DNA of 64,000 nucleotides from Verrucomicrobia bacterium UBA6982 (GTDB lineage Bacteria; Verrucomicrobiota; Kiritimatiellia; RFP12; UBA3636): NCBI GenBank assembly GCA_002448475.1, contig DJYI01000100.1, positions 5,154 to 69,153 of the forward strand, read 5' to 3'. Shown piece by piece: positions 61,574 to 64,000 of this stretch (position 1 is its first letter; each line of letters starts with the position of its first letter). The notes under the pieces were generated by a model. It saw only the letters and a program-made list of their open reading frames with translations, ran no database searches and was not told where the DNA came from. The position numbers and the translations under genes were made by a program.

Positions 61574-61575
61574 AT

Positions 61576-62421
61576 TCAAATAGTTGGGGCGGCGGGAAGG
61601 CCGGAATCGAGCGCCTCGATTGCGATTCCCCATTTGTCGGCAGTTCGCGCCACAAGCGGCAGGTCGATGAAAATGGCGCGCCCGGCCTGAACTGCGAGAG
61701 CCGTGCATCGAGCCTTGCGCATGGCCTTGAGCGTCTTCACGCCAACGACCGGAATGTCGAAGCGCATGTCGTGGCCGTGCTTTGCCGCCTTGGCCACGAC
61801 CGCGCCGCGCCGCGCGATGCGGCCGCCGCGCAGGATCGTAGCGTTCGTGCCGTCGAAGCCCTCGACGGCGAGCGCAACGCCGTCCTTGACCACGACTGTC
61901 TGGCCGATGTCGAGGTCTCCGAGCGCGAGCGCGAGGGAGGAGCCGTATTCGGCGGCGGCGCGTTCGCCGTCGGAGAAGCGCCTTGCGGTGACCGGGCCGA
62001 CTCCGGGAATGTGCGGGGCAAGAAACAGCGACGACGGGAGCGTTTCCACTCCGAGCGCGGCGAGTTCATCGACGAGACGCCCGAAAATCGTGTGCGCGTT
62101 GTGGAGGGAGATGGAGAGCAGCAGGTCGCGGAGTTCCGGATCGAACGCCGCGCGAAAGAAGGATAGCGGGTTTATCTGGCCGGCGAGTATCGCGTGGCGA
62201 AAACCGGATTCCCGCACGGCGTCGCGGAGCGCGGCAAGCGAGCGAAGCGGTATTCTGCGGCGCCAGTCCGTGGCGGCGGCGAGAGTGGAGCCCGCGGTCG
62301 TGCCCCTGATTCCGAGCGCGCCAAGCCGCTGGACTCCAGCCGCGCGCGCCCCCTGAAGCACGAGCCGGGGCAGGGAGCCGGCTCCGGCGAGAACAAGGAG
62401 GTCTTCGGGCGCGGAGGTCAT
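61576..62421 (-). CDS. lpxI: UDP-2,3-diacylglucosamine diphosphatase LpxI (DUF1009)
   Basis: Start at MTSAPEDLLVLAGAGSLP. DIGQTVVVKDGVALAVEGFDGTNATI and DMRFDIPVVG are typical of LpxI. Confidence 0.8.
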   Translation of the reverse strand: MTSAPEDLLVLAGAGSLPRLVLQGARAAGVQRLGALGIRGTTAGSTLAAATDWRRRIPLRSLAALRDAVRESGFRHAILAGQINPLSFFRAAFDPELRDLLLSISLHNAHTIFGRLVDELAALGVETLPSSLFLAPHIPGVGPVTARRFSDGERAAAEYGSSLALALGDLDIGQTVVVKDGVALAVEGFDGTNATILRGGRIARRGAVVAKAAKHGHDMRFDIPVVGVKTLKAMRKARCTALAVQAGRAIFIDLPLVARTADKWGIAIEALDSGLPAAPTI

Positions 62422-63095
62422 TTCTTCAGGACGATGCAAAACAGAATGACGAAATACTGGACGAGCGTTCCGCCCAGAACGAACAGGTGCCACACGAAGT
62501 GCATCCACTTGGTCTGCTTCATGGCGTAGAAGATCACGCCGAGCGAATAAAGCAGTCCGCCGACTCCGACCCAGAACACGGGCCAGAAGCCCATCGCCTT
62601 CCAGAGCGGATACACGGCCACGAGAACCACCCAGCCCATCGCCAGATACGTTAGATTCGAAAGCGCGGCGAACCTGTTGATGAAGAGGCACTGGAACACT
62701 ATGCCGAGAATCGCCAGACCCCATTCGACTCCGAAGATCGACCAGGCCCAGCCTGGACTGTAAACCCGGATCGCCGACAGGCAGAACGGAGTGTAGGACC
62801 CCGCGATGAGCAGGTATATCGAGCAGTGGTCGAAATAGTTGAGCACCGCCTTTGCCTTCGGGCGGTTGAGCGCGTGGTAGAGAGTGGAGAACAGATACAG
62901 AAGGACCATCGTCGAGCCGTAGATCGCCACGGAGACGATGTTCCACACGTCGCGCCACGGGTTGAGACTCGCGAACACCACCCCGACTACCAGGCAGGCC
63001 ACGGCGAGGAGGGCGCCGACTCCGTGCGAGACGGCGTTCGCCACCTCCTCGCCGATTGTCTGCGGCCGCTCCCTGCTCTCCGGTTCGTATTTCAT
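62418..63095 (-). CDS. hemolysin III / PAQR-family membrane protein
   Basis: 225 aa with seven TM helices. EEVANAVSHGVGA N-terminal motif and a C-terminal HxxxH-like region (HFVWHLFVLGG). Confidence 0.8.
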   Translation of the reverse strand: MKYEPESRERPQTIGEEVANAVSHGVGALLAVACLVVGVVFASLNPWRDVWNIVSVAIYGSTMVLLYLFSTLYHALNRPKAKAVLNYFDHCSIYLLIAGSYTPFCLSAIRVYSPGWAWSIFGVEWGLAILGIVFQCLFINRFAALSNLTYLAMGWVVLVAVYPLWKAMGFWPVFWVGVGGLLYSLGVIFYAMKQTKWMHFVWHLFVLGGTLVQYFVILFCIVLKK

Positions 63096-63703
63096 GCGTC
63101 GGAAGGCGCTGAAGGTTGAAGCTTCTGCGACTGGAACCGCGCTCCGCGGTCAAAGGCGTCGAGGTTCGCCTGAAGAAACGCTGGCTTCACGGACGTCCGG
63201 AACGCCTCGCGCCACGCTTCGTCGGGAATGGACGGCAGCGCCCGCGACAGCATCCCGACGAGTATTGAGTTGGCCAGGCGGGCGTTTCCCATGGCGGTGG
63301 CCTCCGCGTCGCAGTTCATGGCGACGAGGTTCGGGAATGTCCGCGCGAGCCGGTCCTCGGCGTCGGAGGGATAGATCGCCGCGCCTGACGAGACCGTGAC
63401 GGGGACCACTCGGTGCAGCGAAACGGCGGCGAGCCCGCCAGGCTTGAGAAAATGGGCCCAGCGCAGAGCCTCGATGCATTCCATAGAAGCCAGCACGTCC
63501 GCCTCGCCCTCGGCGATGAGCGGACCCGTGGACTTTTCCCCGAATTTCACCTGGGCCTTCACGCAGCCGCCGCGCTGCGCCATTCCGTGCGTCTCGTTGG
63601 CCACCACGGGAAATCCCGCGGCGGCCGCCGCCGCGCCAATCACCTTGGCGGCCAGGAGGATGCCCTGTCCGCCGACGCCGCAGAGCAGGATGGATGTCTT
63701 CAC
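63092..63703 (-). CDS. iorB: indolepyruvate:ferredoxin oxidoreductase subunit beta (2-oxoacid oxidoreductase gamma-type)
   Basis: GTG 63703. ILLCGVGGQGILLAAKVIG...ETHGMAQRGG. Confidence 0.75.
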   Translation of the reverse strand: MKTSILLCGVGGQGILLAAKVIGAAAAAAGFPVVANETHGMAQRGGCVKAQVKFGEKSTGPLIAEGEADVLASMECIEALRWAHFLKPGGLAAVSLHRVVPVTVSSGAAIYPSDAEDRLARTFPNLVAMNCDAEATAMGNARLANSILVGMLSRALPSIPDEAWREAFRTSVKPAFLQANLDAFDRGARFQSQKLQPSAPSDA

Positions 63704-64000
63704 GGGGCTTTCCTCGCGACGAATGGTTCGTAGGCGGAGCCGCTCCACGTCACGCCCTTGGCGCCGGAAAACTCAAGCGTGTTCAGACGAACGGCGTGGA
63801 CGAGGATCGAGAGCGCCCCCATTGCGAGATTGAGCGCGTGGCCCAGCAGGAGAATCAGCGCCATGCACGGAATCTTGGCCCAGAGCGGCATCGAGAGGCC
63901 GACGGCCATGGTGTCGAACTGGCGCGCGATCTGCACCGAAGCCAGTCCGACCGCGAACAGGCGGACGTAGGAGATGACGTCGCCCATAGACGAGACGACG
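63700..64000 (-). CDS. atpI: V-type ATP synthase subunit I (a-subunit), C-terminal end only; the gene continues beyond the window
   Basis: DVISYVRLFAVGLAS contains the conserved Arg of the proton path, followed by HALNLAMGALSILVHAVRLNTLEF. The frame is open to nt 64000. Confidence 0.7.
   Translation of the reverse strand, partial: VVSSMGDVISYVRLFAVGLASVQIARQFDTMAVGLSMPLWAKIPCMALILLLGHALNLAMGALSILVHAVRLNTLEFSGAKGVTWSGSAYEPFVARKAP

Noticed and set aside
61182-61575. FMN riboswitch upstream of ribBA
   Set aside because: The 4-nt gap before ribBA and the repeat-filled spacer at 61474-61575 contain none of the conserved FMN-element sequence blocks I know.
1-64000. tRNA, rRNA or tmRNA genes
   Set aside because: The intergenic gaps are short. 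I saw no T-loop-like GGTTCGAAT/GGTTCAAAT-type motif in any of them, and no long non-coding stretch with rRNA-like composition. This was a visual scan only, without tRNAscan or Infernal.

Overview
This is a 64-kb chromosomal segment from a high-GC Gram-negative bacterium. LpxD, LpxI, Skp, beta-barrel OMPs and ExbBD are all present. The gene content includes a V-type ATPase with a DUF2764 gene, an LcrH-type chaperone and many glycan-degrading enzymes. That mix suggests the PVC group (Lentisphaerota, Kiritimatiellota or Verrucomicrobiota), but this is inference only.

I support about 60 protein-coding genes. I found no rRNA, tRNA or CRISPR array. Most of the window from 12.5 kb to 64 kb is tightly packed housekeeping and carbohydrate metabolism, and many adjacent genes overlap by 4 bp. 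It includes dus, pyrC, tsaE, fba, GH2 beta-mannosidase, gnd, chrA, putP, hexokinase, UDG4, acyl-CoA dehydrogenase, skp-lpxD, a SEDS protein, rhaA, rnd, exbBD, V-ATPase E/DUF2764/A and a partial subunit I, bioB, a larE-like gene, truA, ribBA, lpxI and iorB.

Four things stand out:
1. Positions 1 to about 9,900 form a visibly lower-GC accessory island. It holds a four-gene cassette: a HEAT/OB-like protein, a small TM protein, a 2-TM channel-like RCK/RyR protein and a protein with an RNDFIH HEPN-type motif. The island also carries a truncated IS4-family transposase and three paralogous genes encoding a 24-25-aa Trp/Cys repeat I do not recognise. The largest paralogue is broken by a frameshift in a T6 run.
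2. Positions 22.5-25.7 kb hold a type III secretion translocon-like operon: a small helical protein, a 303-aa coiled-coil protein, an LcrH/SycD-class TPR chaperone and a YopB/SseC-like two-TM translocator. No injectisome genes lie nearby.
3. A dispersed repeat family occurs as arrays flanking an AAA ATPase gene, as the whole of one intergenic spacer, and apparently inserted in frame into a glycoside-hydrolase-like CDS. It is built from YTTTCAAC octamers plus GC-rich hairpins such as CGCGGGC-NGGAN-GCCCGCG-CTCCCAGG.
4. A stand-alone 95-aa protein looks like the glycyl-radical C-terminus of class III ribonucleotide reductase.

All functional calls come from reading the translated ORFs against remembered family signatures. 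No database search was run.
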